The notes under the pieces were generated by a model, which ran no database searches, was not told the DNA's origin, and saw only the letters and a program-made list of their open reading frames with translations. From an uncultured delta proteobacterium (GTDB lineage Bacteria; RBG-13-61-14; DRUE01): a stretch of 47,767 nt of DNA. The stretch lies in assembly GCA_903930515.1 (NCBI GenBank), contig CAIYYW010000313.1, forward strand, positions 1-47,767, read 5' to 3'. This document shows, piece after piece, positions 46,445 to 47,767 of this stretch; position 1 is the stretch's first letter, and every line of letters begins with the position of its first letter. The position numbers were made by a program, and so were the translations under genes.

Positions 46445-47106
46445 TTTTATACCCCAAAGGAACTTCAGGACTGACTTTATTCTGATTCCAAAATTTCCCA
46501 AAAGCAAGCTACGCCGAAACCGGCCGTCCTTCACTTTTGCGTAACGAGGCCGTTTCGGGTTCACTTGCGTTACGGCTCGCGGGTTCGCTCGGCAGGGCTT
46601 CGGCTGGAAGGATTACTCCCCCAACCGCCTGCTTCGCTAACTGGCGAATAAGCAATTCCAGTATGACCTCCTTTCAGATCATCAGATCAGCCAAAATTCC
46701 TGGCGAACCCGAGGACACCGAGGGCACAGAGAAATTCGGCTTTCATAGATGGCCCTAAGGCTCCTTAAATTTGCAAAACCTCAATAAAATCAGGCGGTTA
46801 ATTAAATTCAAGACAAATTGATTAAATCGATTCTTAAAAACCCGCGCAGTTAGTAATAGAAGATGGCTTCCGTACCCCTATCACCTTAATGGCCCAAGGA
46901 GTTACTTTATTAACAAGTTCTAATGATTGCTTTTGTATAATGTTGTCAGGAGGATAAATTTAAATGGACCAAAATGGGACATATCGAATATATTGGAATA
47001 TTTTCTTAACTATCAGAGGCTTTTCTTAGAAGCAGGGCAAATCATTTTCAATGAGTCCATAACTGACCCACAATATACAAACATTAATAAATTTAGGAGG
47101 ATTATA

Positions 47107-47331
47107 ATGAAAGTTCATGTTTATTATCGAATTCATGGTAGAGATAATACCGAACACCTTTCTATTAGTCGAGACGGATTAAAGATATATGAGAACTCGA
47201 AGGGAGGACCAGTCAAAGAATCTGTCGAATTAGACATCCTTTGCAATGATAATTGTAGCGATAAGGAAATATTAAAGCTGATCTCCCGTTTCTTTGAAAA
47301 ATTGAATTCCATTTACAAGGATAAGAGCTAG
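47107..47331 (+). CDS. hypothetical small protein in AT-rich island
   Basis: The ATG at 47107 lies 6 nt after AGGAGG. 74 aa (MKVHVYYRIHGRDNTEHL...). The listed ORF starts at a TTG at 46927. No family recognised. Confidence 0.35.
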   Translation: MKVHVYYRIHGRDNTEHLSISRDGLKIYENSKGGPVKESVELDILCNDNCSDKEILKLISRFFEKLNSIYKDKS

Positions 47332-47466
47332 CGAGCAGGAATTTGCAGGCTTAATTATTATCAATTGCCCACCTTGAACCCGGAGGGCTTCGGAGACATT
47401 CTTGAGATATTGCGCGAGTGCCAGAAACTCATTTTGGACCGAATCATTTTTTTCGGCTTGGGTCAT
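47272..47466 (-). CDS. hypothetical small protein in AT-rich island
   Basis: ATG at 47466 with AGGAGA SD. 64 aa (MTQAEKNDSVQNEFLALAQYL...). The 3' end overlaps the convergent 47107..47331 ORF by 60 nt, so at most one 3' end may be right. Confidence 0.28.
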   Translation of the reverse strand: MTQAEKNDSVQNEFLALAQYLKNVSEALRVQGGQLIIIKPANSCSLALILVNGIQFFKETGDQL

Positions 47467-47594
47467 GTTTCTCCTACTAAACTTAGTTTGGGGTATCAAG
47501 GAGATACATGACCCATTTGGGGGACAGGTGTCAACTCAAGTCGTAACTACGGCATAGGAGGTTATGAAACAAGTTCTATAAAAGCCCTCCCTCA

Positions 47595-47767
47595 TTTATT
47601 TAGCAGAATTACAAATATCTTTCCCGGTTCTATCTATATAAATCTGCTTTCCGCCAATCGCCACCTTCGCCAGACCCTCGTAAAAATCCTCAGCACTATC
47701 AAACTGCTGCGGATTGATTACATATTTGCCACTTTTATCAATATATCCAGCCTTTCCGCCGATGTTC
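47595..47767 (-). pseudogene. 3' end of a WG-repeat (KWG-type) protein gene, interrupted by a +1 frameshift in an A4/T4 run; 5' end outside window
   Basis: Manual translation gives frame A ..NIGGKAGYIDKSGKYVINPQQF then TGA. The repeat consensus continues in the next frame as DSAEDFYEGLAKVAIGGKQIYIDRTGKDICNSAK, ending at the TAA at 47595-47597. The frames join at the homopolymer 47700-47703. Confidence 0.5.

Noticed and set aside
46560-46760. Search for a tRNA/tmRNA gene or att site at the GC-to-AT compositional boundary.
   Set aside because: No T-loop (GGTTCGAATCC-like) with flanking complementary stems and no acceptor-stem pairing was found on either strand. No direct repeat of the boundary sequence is visible within the window.

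Overview
GC-rich bacterial chromosomal segment, about 45 genes, densely packed, with many 4-nt ATGA stop/start overlaps. No rRNA, tRNA, CRISPR array, transposase or integrase was recognised. The gene content (Ni-CODH, indolepyruvate:ferredoxin oxidoreductase, iron-sulfur flavoprotein, glutaconate-type CoA-transferase) points to an anaerobe. Housekeeping blocks: rplU-rpmA-obg-proB-proA-nadD-rsfS-rlmH (4.0-9.8 kb), ispD-ispF-cysS (30.9-33.7 kb), dnaB, argS and argH. Accessory content worth a second look: (1) a minus-strand redox operon FrhB-like > iorA > MNT > HEPN > iorB, where a HEPN/nucleotidyltransferase pair sits translationally coupled between the two IOR subunits, followed by cooS and an Isf-type flavoprotein. 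(2) An envelope/secreted block (21.2-30.9 kb) holding a ~1590-aa S8 subtilase with Ca-loop insertions and a Cys-rich tail, a sulfatase-fold enzyme whose formylglycine motif is replaced by T-N-P-S-L, and a cysS-coupled operon of a CsgG-like lipoprotein, a DUF799-like lipoprotein and a Pro/Ala-rich repeat protein carrying three G8-G9 tracts. (3) An unlisted 39-aa highly basic ORF after rlmH. (4) A sharp switch to AT-rich DNA from ~46.76 kb to the window end, with small orphan ORFs and a frameshifted WG-repeat gene fragment. All functional calls rest on motifs read by eye from the supplied translations. No database search was run.
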